Positions 9,842 to 19,178 of a DNA stretch of 53,002 bases are shown here, piece by piece. Origin of the DNA: a virus (taxonomy: Duplodnaviria; Caudoviricetes); the IMG/VR virus record IMGVR_UViG_3300015024_000006, positions 1 to 53,002 of that record. The stretch is one strand, 5' to 3'. The notes beneath the pieces are model-generated. The model worked only from the letters and a program-made list of their open reading frames with translations, was not told the DNA's origin and ran no database searches. The first letter of the stretch is position 1; each line of letters begins with the position of its first letter. The position numbers and the translations under genes were made by a program.

Positions 9842-11253
9842 TGTGGCGGGCCTCCTGTGGCGTTCTGCTGGCCTTGTGCCATCATGGGCTGCGCTGGTGG
9901 TGGTAGCCCTCGGCCTTGCGCATACGATGTCACCTGCTGCGTTTGCTCATCTTGCAATTGTGTCGCTTCCACATCCGGATCGAAGCCAAGACGGGACAGG
10001 ATCGTGGACTTGCTGATACCAAGCTGCGCATAGATGGCAGCGACTTGCGCGGCGGCGATGTCATCCGCAGGTAACAGATCTTGCCAGATGAGCATGATCT
10101 CCGTATCGTAGTCATAGCCCCCCAGGACGAGCATGCGTTTGCACAGGTCACGAATGATGTTCCCATACAACCGCTGCTTCTCGATAGTCTTCTCGATCAA
10201 TGGTTGGAAGAGCATTTGCAAGGCGATGCCACTGATACCGCGTGGTAAATCTTTCATGCGACCGAGGGCAACGGCAGGGACGCGGCTCTCCTCATCCATG
10301 TCTTGACGTAGATCTTCGGCAAACGCCATGATTTCTGCGATATTGCCATACGCTTGCAATGCGTTGAGCTTGCTGTCATGGCTTGGCAACACGATGACAC
10401 GGCCCGGCGTGATGGTCAATTCTGATGCCTTGAAACCGGTTCCCCAGATGTACGGGTGCCCATGATGCTTGATGATACGGGCAATGTTGGATTCGATGAA
10501 ATTGAGTTGCTGATTGATGCTAATGATATCGTCAGTGAGATCAGGTGTCCCCCAATGCTCGGAAGGATTGACGAGATTTTGACAGTCGGCGATCGGAGCC
10601 CAGGGATAGTCCCACACTTGCGGCTCTCCCAAGGCAACCCATTTACCGCCGCGCTTGATCTGGTTGGTGATGATCCAGGTAGCATCGTCGTCAGGTTCAC
10701 CAGCAATGGCAAGACCATCGGGATCATCGAGTTGGATCACCTGACGCTTTTGGGTGGGGGTGCTGTCAAGCGGATCGATCGTGTCATACGTGATGGTGTA
10801 CGCGATGACCGTATCGATGTCCTCGGGTGCCGTGATGACCTCGCAATTGAGGGGGTCCAAGACGACCATGCGACACGGTTTTCCTTGCGCTGACGGAGGG
10901 ATGATTTTCACGAATGCGTTGCCCGATATGCCGCCATGCTTGGCTAATTTGCAGAGGAGCACCATTTTGTTATCGTCATGCCCCCAGCAGGTGTTGAGAT
11001 ACTCTTGTGCGCCTACTTCCGCATTAGCATCGACATTGATCGCTAACGTCTTGCCAAACAGGAAGCTGACGCCTTTATCGACGATCGGGCGGCAGCGATT
11101 GATTTTCACGTTATCATTGGGATCGCCTGCTACCACAATCAGCGGATCGGGGAGTGTGCCGGTGTAGGCCGACCATGCTCTATGCATCGCCTGTTGATGC
11201 GATGTCTGTGCGATGAGCGTCGCGGCGTTAGACGTGCGATTACCAATATCCAT
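9838..11253 (-). CDS. Portal protein (SPP1 gp6-like)
   Basis: N.C..IVD....LFG and SG.AL motifs; follows terL. Confidence 0.92.
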   Translation of the reverse strand: MDIGNRTSNAATLIAQTSHQQAMHRAWSAYTGTLPDPLIVVAGDPNDNVKINRCRPIVDKGVSFLFGKTLAINVDANAEVGAQEYLNTCWGHDDNKMVLLCKLAKHGGISGNAFVKIIPPSAQGKPCRMVVLDPLNCEVITAPEDIDTVIAYTITYDTIDPLDSTPTQKRQVIQLDDPDGLAIAGEPDDDATWIITNQIKRGGKWVALGEPQVWDYPWAPIADCQNLVNPSEHWGTPDLTDDIISINQQLNFIESNIARIIKHHGHPYIWGTGFKASELTITPGRVIVLPSHDSKLNALQAYGNIAEIMAFAEDLRQDMDEESRVPAVALGRMKDLPRGISGIALQMLFQPLIEKTIEKQRLYGNIIRDLCKRMLVLGGYDYDTEIMLIWQDLLPADDIAAAQVAAIYAQLGISKSTILSRLGFDPDVEATQLQDEQTQQVTSYAQGRGLPPPAQPMMAQGQQNATGGPPQ

Positions 11254-11262
11254 GCGTGCCTC

Positions 11263-12573
11263 CTAGTACAGTTGTGCGCCATATTCGATGCGGTCATTGC
11301 CACCCAGATCCAAATGTGAGCAAGCGTAGCGTAAACCATCACATCCATGATCCATCTCTTTAACCGGTTGATCGCCTTTTTTCATGCCCTGCCGCGTATC
11401 CCAGCGGTAGCCCTCGATCTCCTCTTCCGTACAGGTGGGCAGCTTCTTATCGACTAACTCAGGATCACGCTCTACGAGGCTATCGCGCAAGAGGAAGATG
11501 CGCGGCTTGCCATCACCTGCTGGTCGCATGCGCACGGCGACCGCCTGTAGCCCTGGGGATACCGCTTTATGCGCGGAGATCGTGTAGAGGTTCAGATATC
11601 GTTCGAGCGTGGCGCGATCTTCGGCATCATGGTCACAGATGACGGCGCGAGGAATGGGATCGCCGCCGTCCTGTCCCCACCGCGACACTTGCGCAATTGT
11701 CCTGGCATGGTCCTCTACGAGCGTCTTGGTTTTGTAGATTTCACGGTAGCGGTAGAGTCTCCCGTCGGGATCTTCTGCCCACCACTGGCACACGAAAGCG
11801 TGAGTGAAACCGAAATCCACGGAGAGGTAGCGTGGCCAGGATGCGGGGATAGTAAAACGGTCAATCAGGTGGATCGCGGGATTCCAGACCTCTTCATAGA
11901 TGCCACCCTCTGCCGATGCCCACTGGCCAAGGAAGAGACGAGCACGACGAACACCTGTGAGGGCTGCCAGCGTATCGAGATAGGATTGTGTGACGGTTGG
12001 ATTGTCCTCATGGCGGCTTGGGAGGCGCATCGTCGTACCGCTATCCATGCGGAGCTTTAACCAATGCTGCGGACCTTGTGGGTTGCAATCACCTAGCAAT
12101 TGCTGATAGGGCATCTTGCCATTACGCAAGCGGGTCGTGATGGCTTCCCAATCATTCAGCGAGAGATCGGTCGCTTCGTTCACGTAGCACATGTCGTATT
12201 CTGAGGACATAATCTTCTCAGAGCGATCGAGACCGCCCACGATCAATACAGAGCCATTCGGATAGATGAATTGTGAGGGCTTGACCGCATTGCCCCCAAA
12301 GTATTTCACATGGTCAAGGGGATGCAGGATCTTCTCCGTGTAGGTCACCAATGCGGTGCTTTTCAAACTGGCGTGCGTCTTGCGCACCATGAGAGCGCGT
12401 GCTCCTGGGTATTTCAGCAGTGCCAGATGCAGCTTCATGAGGCACACGTAGGTCTTGCCCGATCCTGCACCGCCGTCGATGATTAACTCTTTGTCACGAC
12501 AGGAGAAGAGCGCCTTTGCCGCGCCATAGGGCCGATAGGTCAGGATGATCTCTTGCGACGCGGTAGCGACCAT
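11263..12573 (-). CDS. terL: Terminase large subunit
   Basis: Walker A GGAGSGKT, Walker B CYVNEA, DCNP coupling motif, nuclease DFG and DHGCDGLRY. Confidence 0.95.
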   Translation of the reverse strand: MVATASQEIILTYRPYGAAKALFSCRDKELIIDGGAGSGKTYVCLMKLHLALLKYPGARALMVRKTHASLKSTALVTYTEKILHPLDHVKYFGGNAVKPSQFIYPNGSVLIVGGLDRSEKIMSSEYDMCYVNEATDLSLNDWEAITTRLRNGKMPYQQLLGDCNPQGPQHWLKLRMDSGTTMRLPSRHEDNPTVTQSYLDTLAALTGVRRARLFLGQWASAEGGIYEEVWNPAIHLIDRFTIPASWPRYLSVDFGFTHAFVCQWWAEDPDGRLYRYREIYKTKTLVEDHARTIAQVSRWGQDGGDPIPRAVICDHDAEDRATLERYLNLYTISAHKAVSPGLQAVAVRMRPAGDGKPRIFLLRDSLVERDPELVDKKLPTCTEEEIEGYRWDTRQGMKKGDQPVKEMDHGCDGLRYACSHLDLGGNDRIEYGAQLY

Positions 12574-12980
12574 TACACGGCCTCCATATCGGCAGCTATC
12601 TGCCGTACCAGTGTCATATTGACCACTGCTGCCTCTTCTGGCTTGATATCGAGTCCCATCAGCTTACAGCGACGTTCGGAGATGGCCAGCAGTCGATCGA
12701 CGGCAAAGAGTCTGGCCCGATTGCTCTTGTCCAACATCAGTGGCCAGATCTCGGCGTGCATCTGATCGAGCATGGCACTTTCTTCTTGGCGTAGTTCCTC
12801 CACGTTGCTCACGACGATACGCTGCAATTCGCGCTGTACCGCGTTGTGGGCTGCCCCCCGTGACGCATAGCCGCACCGCACCGCTATCACGTCATAGGTG
12901 AGCTTCTGGGCGCGCAGCTGCATCGCTTGTGTGAGGCGTATGACCGCCATGCCGTCACGATTGACGCTATCACTTTTCAC
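12573..12980 (-). CDS. terS: Terminase small subunit
   Basis: N-terminal HTH (TYDVIA..CGY), ERRCKLMGLD motif, coupled to terL. Confidence 0.75.
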   Translation of the reverse strand: MKSDSVNRDGMAVIRLTQAMQLRAQKLTYDVIAVRCGYASRGAAHNAVQRELQRIVVSNVEELRQEESAMLDQMHAEIWPLMLDKSNRARLFAVDRLLAISERRCKLMGLDIKPEEAAVVNMTLVRQIAADMEAV

Positions 12981-13363
12981 GGTGTCACGACATGCGGCGC
13001 GATGATGATTTCGGGCACAGGATCGCGGCCCAGGAATGGCGTCACGGGCAGCACATTGCTATCGTGCCACTGCATCGAGTTGGCGAGGTCAGTCGGCAGC
13101 AGCGAGGCAGCAGAGACGGTAGACGATGCCGAGACGATCGGGCCAAGGTTGGTCGGATCAGGGATGATCGGCGCATAGGTTTTGAGCCATGTCCGCAATG
13201 TTGCGTAGCCCAATGGCACGATGATCAGCACGATGCTGAGGGCGATCGGCTGGACGGCAGATCTATCGACTGGCTTTACGATGCCCAGTCCAACCAGAGC
13301 CGCGACGATCATTCCTGCGATGGTCACATACATCTCACTGGTTTTGTAGCCTGGCTTAATCAT
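12977..13363 (-). CDS. Holin-like small membrane protein (KPGYKTSE type)
   Basis: KPGYKTSE followed by two transmembrane helices; first gene of the late operon. Confidence 0.55.
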   Translation of the reverse strand: MIKPGYKTSEMYVTIAGMIVAALVGLGIVKPVDRSAVQPIALSIVLIIVPLGYATLRTWLKTYAPIIPDPTNLGPIVSASSTVSAASLLPTDLANSMQWHDSNVLPVTPFLGRDPVPEIIIAPHVVTP

Positions 13364-13552
13364 GGGAATACCTCGTTATCGTAATGAGAGAGGCCGCTAC
13401 AGGGGGACTATAGCGACCTATGAGCAGAGGAGAGGCAACAGACAGCGCATACAGAGCAGAGAACACACAAGAGAGAGAGAGAGGGGGTACAGAGGCAGGT
13501 GTTATGTTGCACGTGGTTGGGTGCTCATAACCGTGGGTGCATCCACATAGTC

Positions 13553-13562
13553 ATTATACCAT
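13553..13562 (-). promoter_or_regulatory. Candidate late promoter (extended -10 TGGTATAAT, no consensus -35)
   Basis: Minus strand reads TATGGTATAAT about 190 nt upstream of the first late gene. Confidence 0.5.
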
Positions 13563-13578
13563 AAGTGGCGCGGAATCA

Positions 13579-14400
13579 TCACCCTAAGCACCGATTATTA
13601 GTAGTATTCGTGGTCAAATAGTGTCGGAGCTTTCTGATTGCTGCTGCTTCTACCTGTCGGATACGCTCACGTGAGCAACCGTAGGACCGTGCGATGGTGT
13701 CATACGTGGTCACAGTTTGACGCTTGTTCCATCCGTTGCGCTGTGTGATGACGACGCGCTCACGTTCGGAGAGAGACATCAGGGCTGCGTAGAGGGCATC
13801 ATTGTCGATGTCTTGCAACATGCGATCCTCAGTCGAGAGCATGGCGGCTGGCACGGTATCAGCGAGGGTCACATCGTCGCCTCTGCTGTTCTCAGAGACA
13901 CGATCGAGGGAGAGGGGATCGGCTTGGATGTGTTCGACATGACGGCGATCGGTGTCGGTTGCGCTGCCGTCATCACGCCATACCCGCATCGCGGCAGAGT
14001 GGACATAGCCAGGCAGTCGTATGATACGGCTTTCCGTCTCGAATAGCCGCAAGATCCTTTGACGTATCCAGGGATCGGCTACCGTCGTGATGCGGTGTCG
14101 TGTTGTCACATCGTAGCGATTGACAGCGACAATCAAGCCTTCATTACCTGCCATGATCAGATCGAGCAGTTCCACCTTGGCACTCAGGTAGCCTTGCGCG
14201 ATCTTGACGACGTACCGCATGTTGCACTCGATGAGCATGTCACGCGCTACGCTGTCCCCTGCTGCCATACGCACGATGAGCGCACGCTCTGCCGCTGCCG
14301 ACACAGGGATACAGCCGGGGCGCTGCATATCGGTAATGTACGCTCGCAGTGCTGGTGATTGTATGACCTGTGCTGAGTAGACTTCTGTTCGATACCCCAT
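13579..14400 (-). CDS. Sigma70-family (RpoD/RpoS-like) sigma factor
   Basis: Region 2 NMRYVVKIA..Y/DLI.AGNEGL..AV.RYD, region 3 SLD, region 4.2 SRERIRQVE..AIRKLR. Likely start is MGYR at 14400. Confidence 0.9.
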   Translation of the reverse strand: MGYRTEVYSAQVIQSPALRAYITDMQRPGCIPVSAAAERALIVRMAAGDSVARDMLIECNMRYVVKIAQGYLSAKVELLDLIMAGNEGLIVAVNRYDVTTRHRITTVADPWIRQRILRLFETESRIIRLPGYVHSAAMRVWRDDGSATDTDRRHVEHIQADPLSLDRVSENSRGDDVTLADTVPAAMLSTEDRMLQDIDNDALYAALMSLSERERVVITQRNGWNKRQTVTTYDTIARSYGCSRERIRQVEAAAIRKLRHYLTTNTTNNRCLG

Positions 14401-14497
14401 GCCATCCCCCGATGTTCCGCCTACCTGCTGAGAATCAATCCGTAGAAAGTGGCGACGATTGCTGCTAAGATAATCCCTGCGATGATGGTGTAAAGCA

Positions 14498-14839
14498 TCA
14501 TGCTGCCACCTCTTCCATGCAGCGACACACCCAATACGTCGCGCTCTTGCCATGCTCTACGGTGGCACAGGATAGGCATATGTGGCGCTTACAGAGCACA
14601 CAGGTTACGATGGTACGCACAGCCCGATCGCAGATAGCACAGCGCGTATAGGACGTACCGCATGCTGGTGGCAGTGCGGTACTCGTATCGTTCCCAATGA
14701 CACCCCATGCGCGCAATATCCGCATGATGAGGCCCCCCACGATTGCGCCGATCATGCCCAGTAAGAGCAAGAGACCGAAGACGGCGAAGATGACGCCCAA
14801 ATACGTCACGAATAGTCCCAAATAGTCCGTAAATACCAT
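14498..14839 (-). CDS. Membrane-anchored Cys-rich (zinc finger-like) protein
   Basis: Hydrophobic N-terminus and four CxxC-type pairs; AGGGGG RBS before ATG 14839. Confidence 0.6.
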   Translation of the reverse strand: MVFTDYLGLFVTYLGVIFAVFGLLLLLGMIGAIVGGLIMRILRAWGVIGNDTSTALPPACGTSYTRCAICDRAVRTIVTCVLCKRHICLSCATVEHGKSATYWVCRCMEEVAA

Positions 14840-14908
14840 GATGTTGTACCCCCTGTGTTCGCTGATTTTGTGAATGGCTTTGTGATGTGTCAATCGAGTT
14901 GACCATAA

Positions 14909-15108
14909 GTGTTGCACTTCGTATTTTACGTTGTGCCTGCGCTACTAAGTGCAACAGTGCTTGTAATCCTGTACTGGCCTTGATTTGTGATATGCAAGCG
15001 TTCGGTACTGTGGCACTTAGATTTCTATTTCCATGAAACTTTCCTTTGATATAGCTCATATGGAAAAGTTTTAGGGAAGTCGTGCAACAAGTGCAACAAG
15101 TGCAACAG
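14909..15108. repeat. Iteron-like AGTGCAACA repeats in an AT-richer intergenic region; candidate replication origin
   Basis: Tandem GTGCAACA(A/G) x3 at 15082-15108, copy at 14947-14956, inverted copies at 14910-14919 and ~15007-15020. Confidence 0.65.
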
Positions 15109-15109
15109 A

Positions 15110-17596
15110 TCAGGAAAATGGCGAGGAATCAGAGGAAATGATCCGCAATCCGACCCCATACCAGTACGATCCTCCACGAATACGATCGCGTCTAAACTCG
15201 TGATCTTTGTGTTTCACGCTCAATCCACGATCGGATATTTTTCCTGCTGCAACTTCCCCATGTTCGGTACACCACTGCGTATACGAGTTATAGAGTTGCA
15301 TGGCGAAACAGCCTTGTTCATGTCCAACAATGCAGCATTCTTCTAACCATTGTGCATAGATATCCATCTCAGCACGATAGCTAGCAACCGCTTCTTTCAC
15401 AGCAGGGGGATCGGCAATACCGTCTTTTTGAAAATCCAAGCAGCCAGCTAGCATCCAATTGAAAACGCCGGATAACTCCCCGCGTAATCGTTCGTTATAG
15501 TTTTTATCGGCTGCCGAATCTTCGATATGGTGCAGAAACTGGATACGTTTTAATCGATTCCATATAGCCATATCTGTACCGCGAATCTTGGGCATATGGT
15601 TCGTATCGAGAATCAGCGTATGACTCGGATCGAAGTTGAACATGTTTTCATACTTGCGTTCGCCTACCTGTGTTCCTCCACCAGTCAGATCCTTGACTTT
15701 CGCCTCTGCTAAATAATGTCCCTCTTCCAGTTCCGATGCGATCGCTAGCCGCACGCCTTTTAATTCCGCAATATCGGTATTCATGGTCTTGTTTTCCATG
15801 ACCATGAGTGATTGTGACGGCAGCTTCCCCGCATAGGTGCCCATGACCGCCTTGATGGTCTCAACAAATGTCGTCTTGCCTGTATTGCCGACACCCTCAA
15901 GGATAAAAAGCGCCTTCACATTCGAGAATCCCGTCAACGCATACCCTGCAACACGCTGTAAATACATGACGACCTCTCCCCTATCAGGAAAGAATCGCTC
16001 GAGGTAATCATCCCAGAGTGGTGACGTTGCCGAGGGATCGTACTCGAACGGGCATATCTTCGTGATGTTGTCTGCTTGCCGATGTGGTAACAAATCGCCC
16101 GTTCGTAAATCGATCGTTCCATTCTGACAATTGAGCAACATGGGATCGCGATCGAGGTCGTCAGGACTGACCGAGCATGCGGGTTGTGCTAGGTTGATCA
16201 TCGCTTTGATACGCGGTACGCATGCCGACTGCTTAGCCCACTTGATCATCGCGTCGCGTGCATCCTTATCGGTGATTGCCGCAACCTCGATAAAGATCTT
16301 GCACGCGGTTTCCATTGCCAGCGTCAAGATAATATCGCCTTGATCGATCTTCCAGCGTTGGCCATTCCAGATGAGCCACTTTTTCCAGAGCGTGCAGTAC
16401 CGAATATTCTTGCCGTGCATAGCTATCATGCGTTGGGAGTTGCCAATATCCGTACACGATAATTCGCCTAGAAAAAGCGGTCGCTCTTTCGCGTCTTGCC
16501 CGATGGGTGTAGGTGGCACGTCCTCTGATACGTCCTCAGCCTCATCAGCATCACGATCATCGACAGGATCGCTGTGGTCATGCTGAGGCTGCCGTATGGG
16601 TGTTGGTGGTGCTATCGGCGCTGTGGGGATAATGGGGGCAACCTGCGCACGTATAGGCGTTGGTGTCTGCGATCGGGCGGGATCGCGTGCTGGTGTACGG
16701 TAGACGTTGCGCAGCGTGGCCAGTGCCTCACGATCGGTATACGGCGATTGCGGCGTCGTCACTTGCGCAGCATAGCTGATCATTGCTGACTCTGCCTCGC
16801 TCTGACTTAACTGTGCATCACGTAACATCAGTGAGAGCCAATGGCCCGTATCATTGCGGTTGCCCTCTCTGGCATCACCTACCGCACGGTGTACCCAATA
16901 GTTTGCGTCATCCTGACTGCTCTGTGGCCAGGATGCAAGCGATGCACTCTGCACATATGCGGTTGGCTGTGGCTGTGCTCGTATTGCCGTAAACAAATCG
17001 ATAAATGATAGAGGCAGATCCGCCAGATCATGCGGCATGGCGACGCTATAGCGGCCTAGCAGGTTGCGCGATGGTGGCAGTACGATGTAGCCAAGATCGC
17101 CACGTGTATCGACGCCAGGATATGCCTCTAAGTATTTGCCAAGAGATCCCCCCGTCGCACTGGCGATCGCCACACCTTCGGGATGCCTGAAAATATAGTG
17201 CATGCCGCCACTGCCCGTGGTATGCGTCAACGTCTCTGGCAGGTCGCACGCATCGTGCAGCAATTGCGCGAATGACGCCGCGCTCTCTGGTTTCATATCC
17301 CGATCGATGACGAAACGCCCCGATGTCTGTCCTGTCACGCCGCCAATATTCGCCTGTGGCCATTGTCGCCACCATGCCCTAATCTGCTTCTCGTCAAGCG
17401 TGGCATCATGAAAGCCCTTCGGCGTCTTGGGATGCTTGCCACTCTTGCTCCCGCATGCTGCCCCCTCATTGCAGCTACAGATCCCCGCCGTCGTGATGTA
17501 CTGCACCGGAAATACGGGCCATCCCTGTTGCGCGTAATCAAGCGCAAGTGTTAGTAGCAGTGTGTTATCGTTATTGCGTGATCGTTCCGTCGCCAT
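15110..17596 (-). CDS. Bifunctional primase-polymerase / P4-D5-family SF3 helicase
   Basis: GWPVFP, GKHP, DRD, TGSGGMH, GVDTRG..GYIVLPPS (Prim-Pol); TDIGN (D5_N); Walker A GVGNTGKT; ASE; TNH.P. Confidence 0.95.
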   Translation of the reverse strand: MATERSRNNDNTLLLTLALDYAQQGWPVFPVQYITTAGICSCNEGAACGSKSGKHPKTPKGFHDATLDEKQIRAWWRQWPQANIGGVTGQTSGRFVIDRDMKPESAASFAQLLHDACDLPETLTHTTGSGGMHYIFRHPEGVAIASATGGSLGKYLEAYPGVDTRGDLGYIVLPPSRNLLGRYSVAMPHDLADLPLSFIDLFTAIRAQPQPTAYVQSASLASWPQSSQDDANYWVHRAVGDAREGNRNDTGHWLSLMLRDAQLSQSEAESAMISYAAQVTTPQSPYTDREALATLRNVYRTPARDPARSQTPTPIRAQVAPIIPTAPIAPPTPIRQPQHDHSDPVDDRDADEAEDVSEDVPPTPIGQDAKERPLFLGELSCTDIGNSQRMIAMHGKNIRYCTLWKKWLIWNGQRWKIDQGDIILTLAMETACKIFIEVAAITDKDARDAMIKWAKQSACVPRIKAMINLAQPACSVSPDDLDRDPMLLNCQNGTIDLRTGDLLPHRQADNITKICPFEYDPSATSPLWDDYLERFFPDRGEVVMYLQRVAGYALTGFSNVKALFILEGVGNTGKTTFVETIKAVMGTYAGKLPSQSLMVMENKTMNTDIAELKGVRLAIASELEEGHYLAEAKVKDLTGGGTQVGERKYENMFNFDPSHTLILDTNHMPKIRGTDMAIWNRLKRIQFLHHIEDSAADKNYNERLRGELSGVFNWMLAGCLDFQKDGIADPPAVKEAVASYRAEMDIYAQWLEECCIVGHEQGCFAMQLYNSYTQWCTEHGEVAAGKISDRGLSVKHKDHEFRRDRIRGGSYWYGVGLRIISSDSSPFS

Positions 17597-17626
17597 GCCC
17601 TATCATCCCCCGCTGCTTGCTCTGCA

Positions 17627-17655
17627 TTGACAGACGGCGATAAAATAGGTATGAT
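17627..17655 (+). promoter_or_regulatory. Sigma70-type promoter antisense to the replication gene leader
   Basis: TTGACA-17 nt-TATGAT. Confidence 0.7.
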
Positions 17656-17661
17656 ACCTAG

Positions 17662-17852
17662 TAGTACGCAGTCGTCAAGCGGTGCTCTGTGCTCAGTTAC
17701 GGACTCGCATGATTGCTCTCTGCTCAGTCAAAATACATCTTTGGAGGTGTCTTCCCACGGTCACTCATGGTTTGGTCGCCATGTCCTGACCTGCAATGCT
17801 GTTCCTTGGTCATGCCGCTCTCGATCGTGCAAATGTTGGGAGCGGTTTTGTT
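17662..17852 (+). ncRNA. Putative ~190-nt antisense (counter-transcript) RNA
   Basis: Bounded by the promoter at 17627-17655 and a hairpin plus T-rich tail at 17814-17852; no convincing ORF inside. Confidence 0.5.
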
Positions 17853-17888
17853 GTGCCTATTTTTCGGGCACGTGGGCACCTGATGAAG

Positions 17889-18182
17889 CTATGCCCCCCG
17901 TGCTATCAATTCCCCCACGTGATCGGTCACTTCCTCTACTTGAAAGCCACGTGACCGCATGAACGCGATGACGGCACTCTCTGGAATGAGCCAGCCGCCC
18001 CGATTCCCAAACGGCTTGAATGCGCCAGGGAACCGCAATGGCTTGCGCTGATCGACAGGCTTCTTCAATTCCTCAGCATCCAATTGCATCCACGTGTGGA
18101 CACTACTCAGCTTGACGTTCAACTTCTCTGCCAATTCTTTGAGCTTGTAATGCTTCTGTGTTTGCCCCCAATTGATACTCAT
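17889..18182 (-). CDS. HTH DNA-binding protein (excisionase/HTH_17-like)
   Basis: YKLKELAEKLNVKLSSVHTW and W.IPES motifs. Confidence 0.75.
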   Translation of the reverse strand: MSINWGQTQKHYKLKELAEKLNVKLSSVHTWMQLDAEELKKPVDQRKPLRFPGAFKPFGNRGGWLIPESAVIAFMRSRGFQVEEVTDHVGELIARGA

Positions 18183-18234
18183 ATGTCACCCTTCACTTCT
18201 TCTGGAACGTATCAATGCAGCGATTGATATATCT

Positions 18235-18342
18235 AGAGTAGCATAGTCAAGCGTACTTGTCAATAGAGAAATACAAATATATTGATATAATACAAATATT
18301 ACGTATTTAACTGTTGACAACTATAATTAACTGTGCTATACT
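18235..18342. promoter_or_regulatory. Divergent promoter pair with candidate operators
   Basis: Leftward TTGACA(18263)-17-TACTCT; rightward TTGACA(18314)-17-TATACT. AATACAAATAT x2 and TTAACTGT x2 lie between or overlap them. Confidence 0.75.
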
Positions 18343-18409
18343 TAGGAAGTCAGAGATGCACGCTACCTGACACGCTCGACCAAGAGCAGAGAACACCAAG
18401 GAGCAGACA

Positions 18410-19108
18410 ATGACAGCAGCACAACCCGTACAGATGACCCCCACTGGCCGCTATCCGATGACCGCCGTTCGCGCCGCGCAATGGGCACGCGCAATGGATA
18501 AAGCACAGGCGATGGCCTGCAAAAACGTTGGCATCGTCAAGAGTACGTATGACGCCGTGACGGGCACCACTGACACGTGGGTCGCCTCAGCGAGTGGCCA
18601 GACCTCCTATATCGTCAGGCACGACGCGACGGGCTACCACTGCGATTGTCGCGCTACTGACGCCTGCTGGCACATCGCCGCGCTATTGCTACCAGCTAAC
18701 CCGATCGAGTGCGACACGCTCTTGACAGACTACCTCGCAGCGAATACGAAGACGCAGACAAAGACCTCCAACGCAGACGCCGCCGTTGCAGTTGTCCAAG
18801 CACGCATCGCCTCGCACGACGTACCAGCACAACCCGCAATCGTTGCGGCGAACGCCGCCGCGCTCTGTCCTTCCTGTGATCGTACGCTCACATGGTATGC
18901 ATCCGATGATGTAGTCAATGATCAGGGTGTGATGCTCGGGTGGTACGACTATGAGCACTGCATCGACTGCGAAACACTATTCCGCTGCAAATGGATACCG
19001 TCCCTCGCTGGCAGAGCGCAAGAGGCCGCACAGATGGCCGCTGATGACGCACGCCGCGACAGCTATGTGATGATCCGCCCCGCCGTGTCCCGATCGATGT
19101 GGCGCTAG
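18410..19108 (+). CDS. SWIM zinc-finger protein
   Basis: Y.V......CDC.....CWH motif; AGGAG RBS. Confidence 0.75.
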   Translation: MTAAQPVQMTPTGRYPMTAVRAAQWARAMDKAQAMACKNVGIVKSTYDAVTGTTDTWVASASGQTSYIVRHDATGYHCDCRATDACWHIAALLLPANPIECDTLLTDYLAANTKTQTKTSNADAAVAVVQARIASHDVPAQPAIVAANAAALCPSCDRTLTWYASDDVVNDQGVMLGWYDYEHCIDCETLFRCKWIPSLAGRAQEAAQMAADDARRDSYVMIRPAVSRSMWR

Positions 19109-19178
19109 TCGCCAGACATGCCCTGCTGAGTGTTCGGAGCAGCTAACCCCTGCTCCCGTTGACGAGAGGATCAGCGAC

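Noticed and set aside
14401-14553. N-terminal extension of the sigma ORF to 14553 (likewise csrA from 35711 and XRE from 32174)
   Set aside because: The extensions overlap upstream genes or promoters, and downstream ATGs have RBSs and match the family starts.
14589-15059. 156-aa minus-strand ORF
   Set aside because: It runs across the iteron region and overlaps the better-supported 14498-14839 gene in another frame.
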